DNA from: a virus
Direction: 5' to 3' (one strand)
Virus record (IMG/VR): IMGVR_UViG_3300025313_000944
Coordinates: 1-64,000 of that record
DNA: 64,000 nt
The position numbers were made by a program, and so were the translations under genes. Below are positions 38,151 to 47,686 of this stretch, piece after piece. Within the stretch, counting starts at the first letter, position 1; the number at the start of each line of letters is the position of its first letter. The notes beneath the pieces were generated by a model, which did not search any database, had not been told where the DNA came from, and worked only from the letters and a program-made list of their open reading frames with translations.

Positions 38151-38534
38151 TTATATGTCAAATATTCGTATGCCATCACGAGTGATAGTAATAGATGGCA
38201 ACCCACTTTTTGAGCCAAACCCCACGTCCAACTTGGCTGATGCATAGCTAGGAATGTAGATATGAATTTCAGCATGACCCTCGCCGGTTTCCTCCACCCA
38301 AATATTTAGCTGTTCGCGGTTGGCTCTCTTGAGATTATGTTGGAAAGTTGCAGTTTGTTGGTGGATATAATCTGCTGTTATGCGAGGTAGGAACTTCTCA
38401 AGAAAGTGTACCCATTCCTGCATCTCTGCCGGATAGCACCTAGGACAGAAAGCTTGACCCAAGATGAAACTGGGGGGTCCACCGAACCTTTCAGAATTTT
38501 CCGCACCACACTTGTTGCACTCGTACTCTGGCAT
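38151..38534 (-). CDS. hypothetical Zn-ribbon protein
   Basis: YECNKCG..CPRC. Confidence 0.55.
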   Translation of the reverse strand: MPEYECNKCGAENSERFGGPPSFILGQAFCPRCYPAEMQEWVHFLEKFLPRITADYIHQQTATFQHNLKRANREQLNIWVEETGEGHAEIHIYIPSYASAKLDVGFGSKSGLPSITITRDGIRIFDI

Positions 38535-38728
38535 TATGAACGTACCTCCGTAAAATCGTAGAATGTTTTCAGGACCATATCCATGACATGGTCCAAGTCA
38601 CTACTTTCCGCAAAGTCAAGGTCGAATTCGCGCGGAAAATTCTCTACCGAATCATATACATATAGATACGGCATCATGATCTTGACCAATTTTTGCAGAA
38701 ATTCTAGGTCTCTTTTTGAGCTTCTCAT

Positions 38729-39019
38729 TCAGGCATTCCCATCGTAATTTGGTGTTGGGGTGGGTGTTACCGGAACCACCGGCTTGGCTGCTTGTGGAGG
38801 CCAAGTGAACCCCACAGATGGCTGCTCCCACCATTCAGCTTTCTGCAATTCTAGAATGTAGTTATCACATAGTGATTGGTGTCCGGTGTCGGCCATGCAC
38901 TTGTCCCAAATTCCGCGGTAGTATTCTTGCTCCATTTTATTTTCTGTCAGCCTACCCAACAGTAAGCCCAAGATTATACCCAAAACCACAGTGATGATTG
39001 ATACTTTACCGAATTTCAT
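38729..39019 (-). CDS. membrane-anchored exported protein
   Basis: N-terminal TM, two Cys, TPTPTP tail. Confidence 0.6.
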   Translation of the reverse strand: MKFGKVSIITVVLGIILGLLLGRLTENKMEQEYYRGIWDKCMADTGHQSLCDNYILELQKAEWWEQPSVGFTWPPQAAKPVVPVTPTPTPNYDGNA

Positions 39020-39028
39020 TTTAACCTC

Positions 39029-39325
39029 CTAATGGTAATACAATCCCTTTTTGGCTGTATCGTTCAACTTGGTAAGTTCAGATAACTTATTGTCAATTGC
39101 ATCTCTTTCTTGCCATGTGGCTGGTTGTCCTCCTTTAAGTTGTGGTTCATATTTGATTCTGATATTTTCTTGCAAATCCAGCAACTTGGTTAGGTATTCA
39201 TCTTGGGCCAAGATTAGGGTACGGTAGTCTTCCAGCGAATTAAGAAATCGCTCCCAACCATTATCCGCCACGATCTCAATGATATCGCATTCTTTGGAGT
39301 CTATTTGTGCAAACCTGAATTTTAT
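39029..39325 (-). CDS. hypothetical protein, probable ATA start
   Basis: AGGAGG then ATA aligned with Met1 of paralogue 37843-38139. Confidence 0.6.
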   Translation of the reverse strand: MKFRFAQIDSKECDIIEIVADNGWERFLNSLEDYRTLILAQDEYLTKLLDLQENIRIKYEPQLKGGQPATWQERDAIDNKLSELTKLNDTAKKGLYYH

Positions 39326-39327
39326 TT

Positions 39328-39528
39328 TTACCTCCTACCCTCAGGGGTGACTGACACTAGGGGCACGTCTGGTACGCCAAATGTAGCCCTGTAATCCACA
39401 GTAACTTGGGACGTGATGGGATACGGTGCCTCGGTAAATTTTGGAATTCGTGGGTCTAAGTCACAGGCTAGCGACATTGCTAGCAATACCACCACAGCCA
39501 ATAGAATCATTAGGTACTTTTTCACCAC
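39328..39528 (-). CDS. lipoprotein
   Basis: KKYLMILLAVVVLLAMSLAC lipobox. Confidence 0.65.
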   Translation of the reverse strand: MVKKYLMILLAVVVLLAMSLACDLDPRIPKFTEAPYPITSQVTVDYRATFGVPDVPLVSVTPEGRR

Positions 39529-39722
39529 CAGCCTCCACTGTCTGAGTTGCCCCCACCGGATGAACTACCACCACTATCTTTACCTTGATCTTTACCTTGA
39601 TCTTTACCCCCATCTTTTTCCGCAGGTGGTGGGGGTGGTGGCATAGCGCCGCCTTTACTTTCCTCGCCGGGTTTCGACCGCTCCCCTTGGTACTCATCCC
39701 ACGTGATCTTGTCTTTAGACAT
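39522..39722 (-). CDS. low-complexity peptide (poly-Pro, GKDQ repeats)
   Basis: AAGGAG RBS; overlaps both neighbours as in a coupled operon. Confidence 0.5.
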   Translation of the reverse strand: MSKDKITWDEYQGERSKPGEESKGGAMPPPPPPAEKDGGKDQGKDQGKDSGGSSSGGGNSDSGGWW

Positions 39723-39912
39723 TCTTAAGCTCCTTTTTCCAAGTGATAACCGTGTTGCCTGTGCGGGTGTTCAGCACCCTGTCTATCTCGCGCCAACCGT
39801 ACTTCTCTAGGATATGGTTCTCGACCGCCATCTTACTTCTTGCCAACATTAGGAATTACCACACCAGTACCGCCACTACAGTGCAGATTTGGTGTCTGAC
39901 ATACCCATTTGT

Positions 39913-40272
39913 TCATTTCTTTGCCCACCTTTTCATTAGGTTGTAGCACGTGTTGTGTTGTTTGAGTAGAAAAGATAACCACCTATTTAAATCTTTGAAT
40001 GGTGGTTCCTCACCGGGATCGGTCATGTAGGGGCACCACCATATCCACCAGTCTCCGTCTTCAGCCCAGTGTTTCTCACCCCAGTATGGTGAACTTTCTA
40101 GCAGCGGGCACAGGGCCTCCACCAACTTTTTGTGGAACCCGAAGTGCCACCGAACTCGCTTAGACCCCGTGTAAGTCTCGGTAGTGCAGTACACCCTCAG
40201 TGGTTGATCACCTGCATCTGAGCCGATTATGTCTGGGTATTCTCTGTGTAGAGTTAAGCTATCTCGGTTCAT
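39913..40272 (-). CDS. hypothetical Trp-rich protein
   Basis: 119 aa ORF. Confidence 0.55.
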   Translation of the reverse strand: MNRDSLTLHREYPDIIGSDAGDQPLRVYCTTETYTGSKRVRWHFGFHKKLVEALCPLLESSPYWGEKHWAEDGDWWIWWCPYMTDPGEEPPFKDLNRWLSFLLKQHNTCYNLMKRWAKK

Positions 40273-40275
40273 CTT

Positions 40276-40743
40276 TTACCATCCTATAGGGGCTAAATCC
40301 AGCAATCTAGTTTTGGCACAAAATAACCAATCTCGGTCATTCTTGGTGGTTTCTAAAGTGTCGGCAAAAACCACCGCCTTCGTAGCTGCTTCAAACCAGT
40401 CAGGCTTTATATCATCTGGTAGCTGGACGATGTGGCTACCTTCCCATAATGGGTACATACCTTTTTCCGGCCCGTTTGGTTCATTTAGAATCTTAATCAC
40501 CTCAGCCGCAGCTACCTCACCCAGCGCCTCTCTACACAGACTTACCAATTCTTGCGTTGCCTCCTTGCGACGGGCAAATACTAACTCAACATCTTCCTGA
40601 TAAACAGATACCAATTCCCCGTTTTGCCAGTGGTAGCCTGTACCAGCTACGAAGAATAGGTGAAATAGCACGTGCTTCTCGGTGGGAAAAAGCTCAGGGT
40701 AGTATTTCATTAACCGATCTTTAGTTTCCGCGTAAGATGCCAT
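40276..40743 (-). CDS. hypothetical protein
   Basis: 155 aa, AGGAGG RBS. Confidence 0.6.
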   Translation of the reverse strand: MASYAETKDRLMKYYPELFPTEKHVLFHLFFVAGTGYHWQNGELVSVYQEDVELVFARRKEATQELVSLCREALGEVAAAEVIKILNEPNGPEKGMYPLWEGSHIVQLPDDIKPDWFEAATKAVVFADTLETTKNDRDWLFCAKTRLLDLAPIGW

Positions 40744-40863
40744 GGTTACCTCCTAGATGGTGAACTTCTTTGAAATTAATAGATTCCACGTTTAAAAATT
40801 TCAACTTGTGCTTGCCGAGGAAAATGACAACCGACGTTGGTTTGTAATCTTTGTCGTAATGCA

Positions 40864-41637
40864 CTATGATTCTAATCTGCATGTTTTATTCACCGGAAAG
40901 TCAATCTTATCCAATTCAGATTTGGGCATGTACCACACCGCCGTGTGCTCCGGCCAAGTTCCGCTTGTTACGGACCATGGACCGCTATAAATATGTTTAT
41001 CTGTAAAGTAAAGTTTATCTGTAAAGTAAAATTTAAGATGCCTGTACCAATTGCTTAAACTTTGGTATTGAGTTCTTATTTTCAAACTGGATAAATCATA
41101 ACCAAAAATTGAGCCGTCCAAGTCCTTGTGGTAATTTTCCCAAATACTGAGCAGTTCAAGTGAACATTCAATGTCAGGTTTGTAAACCGGGCACCAAACG
41201 TCCGGTGACACCTCGTAAGCTACGAAGTTCTGCACACCCCTCTGTCTGCTGGCTACCTCGTTGGGAACTCTATAGTTCTTGAAGATGTATATTGCCAGCT
41301 TGAGCAGGTCGAAGTTGTAACCACGACCTTCTCTCAGGTAACGTAGAATTGCGTGCAGCACCGGCCTAGGTGTGGTTGGATCAACGTCGGCCATTTCCTC
41401 AGCCGACTGTAAAACTATAGGTTGGTAGACTCCGTCTAGTATAGTGTTTGCTTTACCCACCCACTTGGCGAATTCGATTAGCTTTGCTGAATCCGGTGCC
41501 AATTTCCAGTAGCTAGAGACGGTGTGTATCCTGATTGAGTCTATTACCGAAACATTCTTGTAGAAGCACGTTGCAGTTTCGGCACAATGCGAGCTTACGT
41601 CTTGGCCGTTTACATGTACATAGTTGTAGCCACTCAT
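40864..41637 (-). CDS. hypothetical protein of amidoligase cluster
   Basis: 257 aa, TAATG-coupled to ATP-grasp gene. Confidence 0.6.
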   Translation of the reverse strand: MSGYNYVHVNGQDVSSHCAETATCFYKNVSVIDSIRIHTVSSYWKLAPDSAKLIEFAKWVGKANTILDGVYQPIVLQSAEEMADVDPTTPRPVLHAILRYLREGRGYNFDLLKLAIYIFKNYRVPNEVASRQRGVQNFVAYEVSPDVWCPVYKPDIECSLELLSIWENYHKDLDGSIFGYDLSSLKIRTQYQSLSNWYRHLKFYFTDKLYFTDKHIYSGPWSVTSGTWPEHTAVWYMPKSELDKIDFPVNKTCRLES

Positions 41638-42500
41638 TAACCCTCTCCTATGAATAGGTAATCAGTATAAGATCGTGAATCAAGTAGCGGGTAATGCTCT
41701 CTCTCCCCGCTAAGTAACCAATCGAAATATTTAGCGTATTTACCCTGAGCATAATCTTCTAAAGTAGGTGAGGTGTTTACCTCACACACTACACATTGTG
41801 GATGATCCGGGCCATCCTCGGTTCTTGTCGGGTTAGCCATGATGTCTACCGCACCGTAATCCAAGCCGAGAACTTCTACAGCCTGAATTGCCAGCCTAAT
41901 CTCGTCTATGGGCCAATTAGACCGCCTTAGCACAACAAATTCAAAGTCATTGGTGGCGTGATTCCACACCGGTAGATTTACCTTATCTTCTTCACCCTCT
42001 CTCGGTCTCTTTTCGTTGACCAATAGAACTTTGCCATGAGCCACATGAACCCTGTATTCGTTTTGTTTCGGGTAGAACTCTGAGAAATACGAACCCACAA
42101 ACGGTGGTGGCGTGTGGTGTAATTCGTCCTCATCCTCGATCAGCCAAAAATTCTGACCACCTTGGTGAAACTGCGGCCTAAGAACTACCGGAAAGTTTAA
42201 TGTCCAGTCTTGTATCGGCTTAGTCCAGACAATGGTTTTGGGAACAGACACGCCAGCTTCTTGCAGCACCAGCCTTGCCCGGCCTTTGTCGCTGGCTAAG
42301 CCTATTCCCGACGATTGGTTGATTGTCTTTTTGGCGGGAATGTTAACACGACTTGCCCACCTAATCAACAATTCTACATTCTCAGGTGGGGCATCCCCTC
42401 TCCGCAAGCGCAACAATTGAATTTGGTCTTTGGTCTGCATCTTGTCGTAGATGCCTTGGACCGTCCTATGCCCGTTAGAAGCGCAAGTTAACAGGTTCAT
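41637..42500 (-). CDS. ATP-grasp peptide ligase (RimK-like)
   Basis: ASDK, VPKT, FPVVLRP..H..G, EYRVHV, GLDYGAVD, VCEVNTSP. Confidence 0.88.
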   Translation of the reverse strand: MNLLTCASNGHRTVQGIYDKMQTKDQIQLLRLRRGDAPPENVELLIRWASRVNIPAKKTINQSSGIGLASDKGRARLVLQEAGVSVPKTIVWTKPIQDWTLNFPVVLRPQFHQGGQNFWLIEDEDELHHTPPPFVGSYFSEFYPKQNEYRVHVAHGKVLLVNEKRPREGEEDKVNLPVWNHATNDFEFVVLRRSNWPIDEIRLAIQAVEVLGLDYGAVDIMANPTRTEDGPDHPQCVVCEVNTSPTLEDYAQGKYAKYFDWLLSGEREHYPLLDSRSYTDYLFIGEG

Positions 42501-42733
42501 TCTAATACCTCCTCTACCTCTATGCTTATAATCCTGTGGTTAGGTATCTCCAATAAGTTGGCAGCATGACCAGTCTCCAACAGAACATTTAGTTGGGTTC
42601 TCGTCAAATTACTATACGGCAGATTGGTTGTAAGTTCACCTATAGGCATTTTATAGGTGACCGTAACAATCCATTTACTTTTTTCCTCTCTGCCCGCGCT
42701 GTGACCATTATTAGCACAAGTTAGTATTTTCAC
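42497..42733 (-). CDS. small protein sharing its N-terminus with the ATP-grasp gene
   Basis: GAGGT RBS, GTG start, MKILTCANNGH. Confidence 0.55.
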   Translation of the reverse strand: MKILTCANNGHSAGREEKSKWIVTVTYKMPIGELTTNLPYSNLTRTQLNVLLETGHAANLLEIPNHRIISIEVEEVLE

Positions 42734-43311
42734 TTCAAATACCTCTGTAGATAGGCTATGATTTGATGTAACTGACCCAGCACTTCTGGGTGCCATTGAA
42801 CTGACACCACCGGTTTGTCTGGGTGCCAGATAGCTTCTATGATGCCGTCTTCAGCCACCGCTGCTACTTCCCAACTTGGCGGCACATCTTTGACGGCCTG
42901 GTGGTGCATAGAGTTGGCGCGAATGATTCTGGTGCCAAAAATTTCTTGCAGAATATTAGGCCCGGTTACGTGAACTGGGCCATGATGATGCCACCCAATC
43001 ACCACACCATCAAGCTCTATATCTTGGTAGAGACTACCACCAGCAGCGGCGGCGATGATTTGGTGCCCCCTACAGATGCCTACCATGGGGTGGTTCAATT
43101 CCAACAACCTTTTAGCTAGGTCGAATTCTCGTTTGTCGATGGCTGGCATCCACGGCCTAGAATGTGTATTCTCTTCCCCATACAGGCTGGGGTCGATATC
43201 CATACCCCCAGGGAACACCCAAGGTAAGTCGAGCGGTGGATTTTCTAGAAATTCTTGGTATTCTGCCTGTGTATAGTTTCTAGCAGGCCAGTCTGAATAA
43301 TAAAAATTCAT
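42730..43311 (-). CDS. class I glutamine amidotransferase / peptidase C26
   Basis: PGG.DI.P..YGE, GICRG.Q, NS.HHQAV, VQWHPE. Confidence 0.9.
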   Translation of the reverse strand: MNFYYSDWPARNYTQAEYQEFLENPPLDLPWVFPGGMDIDPSLYGEENTHSRPWMPAIDKREFDLAKRLLELNHPMVGICRGHQIIAAAAGGSLYQDIELDGVVIGWHHHGPVHVTGPNILQEIFGTRIIRANSMHHQAVKDVPPSWEVAAVAEDGIIEAIWHPDKPVVSVQWHPEVLGQLHQIIAYLQRYLK

Positions 43312-44054
43312 TATAAGTCCCTAGCCAATTCCAGCACCGCAGGTGGTGCTACTTCTTGCTCGCCGAAGAGAGACCACGCACCATAAGGCTCGTACCAGCC
43401 TCCATAGCTACAGCAAGCCTTAATTCTTTTGGCAAAAACTTGGTAACTGTTATTGATATTGCCCTCCAACCTGAGTTCAAAGACACCAAACCTGTTGCAG
43501 CGGTTACACTTACCCACCTGTGGTAGTAAGCTGAGAATTTCTTCTTTGTCTAAGAACAAGGCTGCCATGTAACCATCAAGGCCATCGTGATCTTCCACCA
43601 TGGACCTGCGCCTGATGAAGAATGGGTGCAATTCTGCCAAGGTGAATTCACCCAACAAAAAGCTCATAGCCCCGTCCCAAGTATCTTCACACCAATCTTC
43701 CTCTTGCTGTAATAAGCCCATATCTGCCAGTACCTTGAGGAGCAGGTGGTCGAATTCCCACCACCCATCTTCGTAGCAGCCTCGGATGATACCAGCCGCA
43801 GCGTGTACCGCGGCCAGGTGGATGTCAGCAAGCTTGAGGGTTACTTTGTTTGACTCGAAAAAATCATCGAATTTTTTCTCGGCCTGCATGCCGAAGCTAT
43901 TAACCAATGCTATGCGGTCATCTATTCCACCCCAGTTGGGTGAGTAGATGGTTAACAGCGCAGGTGAGTGGCTTCTTATTTGCCGTAGCATAGTTTCGCG
44001 GCAGGAGGTCGAGGACACTGCCGTACTGATGTAAAATTTGGTCGTCATTTCCAA
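43311..44054 (-). CDS. hypothetical protein of amidoligase cluster
   Basis: 247 aa, GGAGG RBS. Confidence 0.6.
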   Translation of the reverse strand: MEMTTKFYISTAVSSTSCRETMLRQIRSHSPALLTIYSPNWGGIDDRIALVNSFGMQAEKKFDDFFESNKVTLKLADIHLAAVHAAAGIIRGCYEDGWWEFDHLLLKVLADMGLLQQEEDWCEDTWDGAMSFLLGEFTLAELHPFFIRRRSMVEDHDGLDGYMAALFLDKEEILSLLPQVGKCNRCNRFGVFELRLEGNINNSYQVFAKRIKACCSYGGWYEPYGAWSLFGEQEVAPPAVLELARDL

Positions 44055-44950
44055 GCCTCCATAATATAGTTTTTCGGTGGTGCGGGTGCTTGTACACCGA
44101 AAAATTCAGAAACATTAGAAAATAATTGCTTGGCCGCTTCTGGATCACAGTTGTTTATGGTGGGTACCACTCGCCCAAAGTCTAATTGATTGATAAATTC
44201 AAACGGGTTATAACCATCTTCGATTAAAACGTGCACCATTTTAGCCAGACCCAGTAGACCGGCAGTTAATTCAGGATTGGTACTGGCCACACTACTGGGG
44301 GTGCGGTATTCTACACCCCAAGGCTGGATACGGAACTTTCCAGCCCGACCATACATCTGCCTACGTTGGCGGCCTAGGTCGGTGCTCTCGATCAGTACAT
44401 CATATAACCCTAACGTACAGTCGAGTAGCATCACCAAGCCTTGGACCTTGTTCATGTCCTTGTGAATTTCACTGATAGAGAAGTGAATGTGAAATCCGCC
44501 TGTCCGCCAAGTTATCTTGCGTGGGTCTTGCCAGGGACAGGTGGACAGGTCATACAAGCACTTGTCCGGCGAGCAGCCCAGTACCCTAAGTTCGGGGTGG
44601 TCTACCAAGTCTCTTGGGTCTAAGTAAACCAGCGGTGCTGCTGATAAGATATAACCGTTGTCATCAGCTAGTTTCCAAGCCTCACGCAAACCTTCGTAGA
44701 GGTGTTGCATCAGGCTATCCACCTCTCGCTCCGGTGTAACTGGGACCTCCAAAGCCAACCCATCCTCAGTCAGCTTGGAGTTTGCCAGCGTCACCTCGGC
44801 TGTCCAGTAGCCACCGTCGGCGATGTCTGAACCTATTTCTTTGAAGATCGGCCTGTGTTGCTTGGAAGCAACTAGTACATCTTTAGCCGGCTTGGCCAAG
44901 CCTGATGGAGACTGGTAAAAATATTCACAATCTAAGCCTATCAAGTTCAT
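44045..44950 (-). CDS. phiEco32-like COOH-NH2 ligase (glutamine synthetase fold)
   Basis: IGLDCE, DG...E, GCSPD, RTGGFHIH, RR..YG.AG.FR...WGVEYRT.S. Confidence 0.88.
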   Translation of the reverse strand: MNLIGLDCEYFYQSPSGLAKPAKDVLVASKQHRPIFKEIGSDIADGGYWTAEVTLANSKLTEDGLALEVPVTPEREVDSLMQHLYEGLREAWKLADDNGYILSAAPLVYLDPRDLVDHPELRVLGCSPDKCLYDLSTCPWQDPRKITWRTGGFHIHFSISEIHKDMNKVQGLVMLLDCTLGLYDVLIESTDLGRQRRQMYGRAGKFRIQPWGVEYRTPSSVASTNPELTAGLLGLAKMVHVLIEDGYNPFEFINQLDFGRVVPTINNCDPEAAKQLFSNVSEFFGVQAPAPPKNYIMEAWK

Positions 44951-44951
44951 T

Positions 44952-45587
44952 TTATCCTCTACCCGTATTGTATGTAGTTGTTGTGGGACCTGCCCACCTA
45001 ATATATTGTCGGACACTCTCTCTTGCTTGCGCCATACCTTCTAAATTTTCTGAACTTGGTTGTTCTAGTTCATCGTCTGGTTCATCATCCTCTTCTAAAT
45101 CTAGTGACGCTGGTTCTGGCTCCGTGACAGAGTGCCTCGGCTTGATAATAGTGATGACGGGGTTGTATTTCTCCTCTATTTTGCGCAAGTTCGTGGCTTG
45201 ACATTCTCTGACCAAGGCGCACGTTTTGCAAGCAACTTTATGTACACAGTTGGGGCAAACTATAGCCGCGTATCTGGCACACCAACCCAGCTTGTCGGTG
45301 ATGTTGCCACACCGGCAGACATCTATTAGATCGAAATCCACAAGTTGCCCGCCGGTGCCACAGCTTGTGCACGTTATAAATTCTATGTCGTGCACGGTTA
45401 CGTTGTGCAATTTCTTCTTGGAAGAAAGGTTGAAGTTGGTAATCCTGTCCTCCGCCGACAAGCCTTGGGTTTCTAACAGAGCTTTGGTGGCTTGTCCCAT
45501 CAGTTGTAGGCTGAGGCATTCCAGTAACAAGTCAGCCTTAACCGCACCTTTGATGTCAGTGCCACCACACGTTTTACACCTAAGCAT
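44952..45587 (-). CDS. Cys-rich protein with acidic tail
   Basis: multiple CxxC motifs; AGGAGG RBS. Confidence 0.6.
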   Translation of the reverse strand: MLRCKTCGGTDIKGAVKADLLLECLSLQLMGQATKALLETQGLSAEDRITNFNLSSKKKLHNVTVHDIEFITCTSCGTGGQLVDFDLIDVCRCGNITDKLGWCARYAAIVCPNCVHKVACKTCALVRECQATNLRKIEEKYNPVITIIKPRHSVTEPEPASLDLEEDDEPDDELEQPSSENLEGMAQARESVRQYIRWAGPTTTTYNTGRG

Positions 45588-45933
45588 TTAAATACCTCCT
45601 GACCGATGTATCGTTTATATATCTAACCTCTTTGGGGTCGAGCCTTAGTATCGGAGCCACCATATATTTGTCGATAAATAAATCACTCCTGATTAATACA
45701 TTATTATCCTTGTCCAGCTCCATGACCACGAACCTGCCCGCCCACACGTTTCTGGCGGTGGGCCACATGTAATTGGTAAAGATGATGGTTTCGACCTCGC
45801 CATCTTCAATCAGGCTTATATAATAGCCTAGTAGATTGCGGTTGACCTGCATACCACCTGCCCCACCTGTAACTACCATGGGTGACAGCTTGGTGCTTTG
45901 CCGAAACTCACTTAGCAATTGCTTTATATTCAT
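45580..45933 (-). CDS. hypothetical protein
   Basis: 117 aa coupled ORF. Confidence 0.55.
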   Translation of the reverse strand: MNIKQLLSEFRQSTKLSPMVVTGGAGGMQVNRNLLGYYISLIEDGEVETIIFTNYMWPTARNVWAGRFVVMELDKDNNVLIRSDLFIDKYMVAPILRLDPKEVRYINDTSVRRYLNA

Positions 45934-46277
45934 TGGGGTTTATCCCTCGGCAGGAATACCAACTCCACTCTACTCTTTAATTTCTGGCTGGTTTCTACCG
46001 TCCATTTTCTGCTAATGCGTTCTGTTTCTTCTCCTTCCACGAATACCTTTATTCTGTTGGGGAAGAAAACCACACCGTTTATGTTGAATGGGCAAGACTT
46101 ACCATAAAATGAGTGGGTTTTTCCTCTGAATTTGTAAACCTTACCTTGTGATAGTTGCTTGGCGGTATCGACAAACCGAAAATTTAACAAATCTTTTTCG
46201 GTTACAATCTCCACCTTGACTACTTGGTCATTAAAATTGCTTTCTAACATCTGGTAGTGGAGGTCCTTAATCTTCAA
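45930..46277 (-). CDS. hypothetical protein
   Basis: 115 aa, GGAGGTG RBS. Confidence 0.55.
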   Translation of the reverse strand: MKIKDLHYQMLESNFNDQVVKVEIVTEKDLLNFRFVDTAKQLSQGKVYKFRGKTHSFYGKSCPFNINGVVFFPNRIKVFVEGEETERISRKWTVETSQKLKSRVELVFLPRDKPQ

Positions 46278-46959
46278 CCTGCACCTCCGCAGCCTTGAAC
46301 ATATTTTCCAACATGGTCTTGTACGCCCTAGCTGTTACACCATAGAAGGCCGATTTTAACTTGTTTTGAGTCTCGGCGGTGTCGATAGTTTGTAGGTGGC
46401 CACTTAACACTAGCGAGAACAGCCCATAGGTTATTAGACCCAACATATCATCTGCCTTTTTTAGACTCAAAGTAGTCACACCTAAATCACGAACGGCGAT
46501 GTAAGCCAAGGCTACCAAAGCCATTATGCCGGTGATCTTCCACTTCTGGTCTGGTTCATCTTCAAACCAGATTGTGCAATCGTTCTTATCGAAGTCGGTT
46601 TTGAGCAGCTCTACTACCAGTTTATCTATCGAATCCACCGTGTGCTGCACACTCTTGTTGAAGACCGTACCCGAATCGAACACCACCCGCACGATCTCCC
46701 CGTGCCGGTTGAAGGTTACGATACTTTGGTTGTCGTCCCAAGCAGGTACCAACAACTTGTCCTTTATCTTGGGAAAGCTTTGTGTTCCCCGCAAGGTTCT
46801 ATCGTCTTGGGTGGCTATAAATGCTGGCATACCGTCGATGTCTACCACAAGTCCGCGCTCAAAAGCCAAACCTGTGACAACGTGATCGACGAAAGCTTTG
46901 GTATCCAGCAAATTTCTATCGTAAGAACTCTCAGCTAAAAACTTGTCAATTGTCCACAT
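46267..46959 (-). CDS. hypothetical protein
   Basis: 230 aa, overlaps ruvB-like stop. Confidence 0.6.
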   Translation of the reverse strand: MWTIDKFLAESSYDRNLLDTKAFVDHVVTGLAFERGLVVDIDGMPAFIATQDDRTLRGTQSFPKIKDKLLVPAWDDNQSIVTFNRHGEIVRVVFDSGTVFNKSVQHTVDSIDKLVVELLKTDFDKNDCTIWFEDEPDQKWKITGIMALVALAYIAVRDLGVTTLSLKKADDMLGLITYGLFSLVLSGHLQTIDTAETQNKLKSAFYGVTARAYKTMLENMFKAAEVQVED

Positions 46960-47686
46960 ATACTTCCCTACCTCTAGGTGTAATTCTGATCAGTTGTTTT
47001 TGTAAGAGAAAAGGTTCTATCTCTTCCTCCACGGTTTCTCTCGGCAATCCCAAGCTGGCTGAAATAACTCTGGCTGAAACTGGTCCTCTCTTACTAACAA
47101 ATTCTAAATAACTCCTATCATTGCCGGTGAAGCCAGCAGCTTGGTAGCCTAGAGTTTCCAGCATTTGGTCATACTCGGTTTGTGTTGCCTGAGAATATCT
47201 GTAGTATTGCTCCAAACTTATTACCTCTTTGGCCAACGTGACCGCCACTCTAGGTGAACCTCTACACCTAATTGATATCCTGTTAGCAGCCAAGTCACTG
47301 ATCGGAACGTGAACCTTGGCTATTTGGGCCAACTGTATTTCAGTGTATGGTTCCAGCCACAGTTCTATCATTCTGGACCTGAGCGGCTCGCTGACCGGTG
47401 CGCCGGTAGTAGTACAACCTATAAGGGTACTATAGGCATACCACGCCTCCTCATTGGGGAGCCGGTGTATCTCGTCGATAATTACCGGCTCCCCATCTTC
47501 AGGAGGGTATAATCTACCGGTGCATAGGTTGTAGTAGTATGCCTCTCTTGCAACTTGGTTGGCATACCACTTGGCTAGTAAGGTTTTACCGCTGCCGGGT
47601 GGACCACGAAACAGAGCGTTTTGGTGATTCTTGGTGGCTACCCACACTCTGATTCTAGTTTGTATGATTTCCTGTCCAATTATCAT
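46946..47686 (-). CDS. ruvB: RuvB-like AAA+ ATPase
   Basis: IGQE, GPPGSGKT, DEIHRL, TLIGCTT, PLRSR, RGSPRVA, EPFLLQ...ITPRGR. Confidence 0.85.
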   Translation of the reverse strand: MIIGQEIIQTRIRVWVATKNHQNALFRGPPGSGKTLLAKWYANQVAREAYYYNLCTGRLYPPEDGEPVIIDEIHRLPNEEAWYAYSTLIGCTTTGAPVSEPLRSRMIELWLEPYTEIQLAQIAKVHVPISDLAANRISIRCRGSPRVAVTLAKEVISLEQYYRYSQATQTEYDQMLETLGYQAAGFTGNDRSYLEFVSKRGPVSARVISASLGLPRETVEEEIEPFLLQKQLIRITPRGREVYVDN

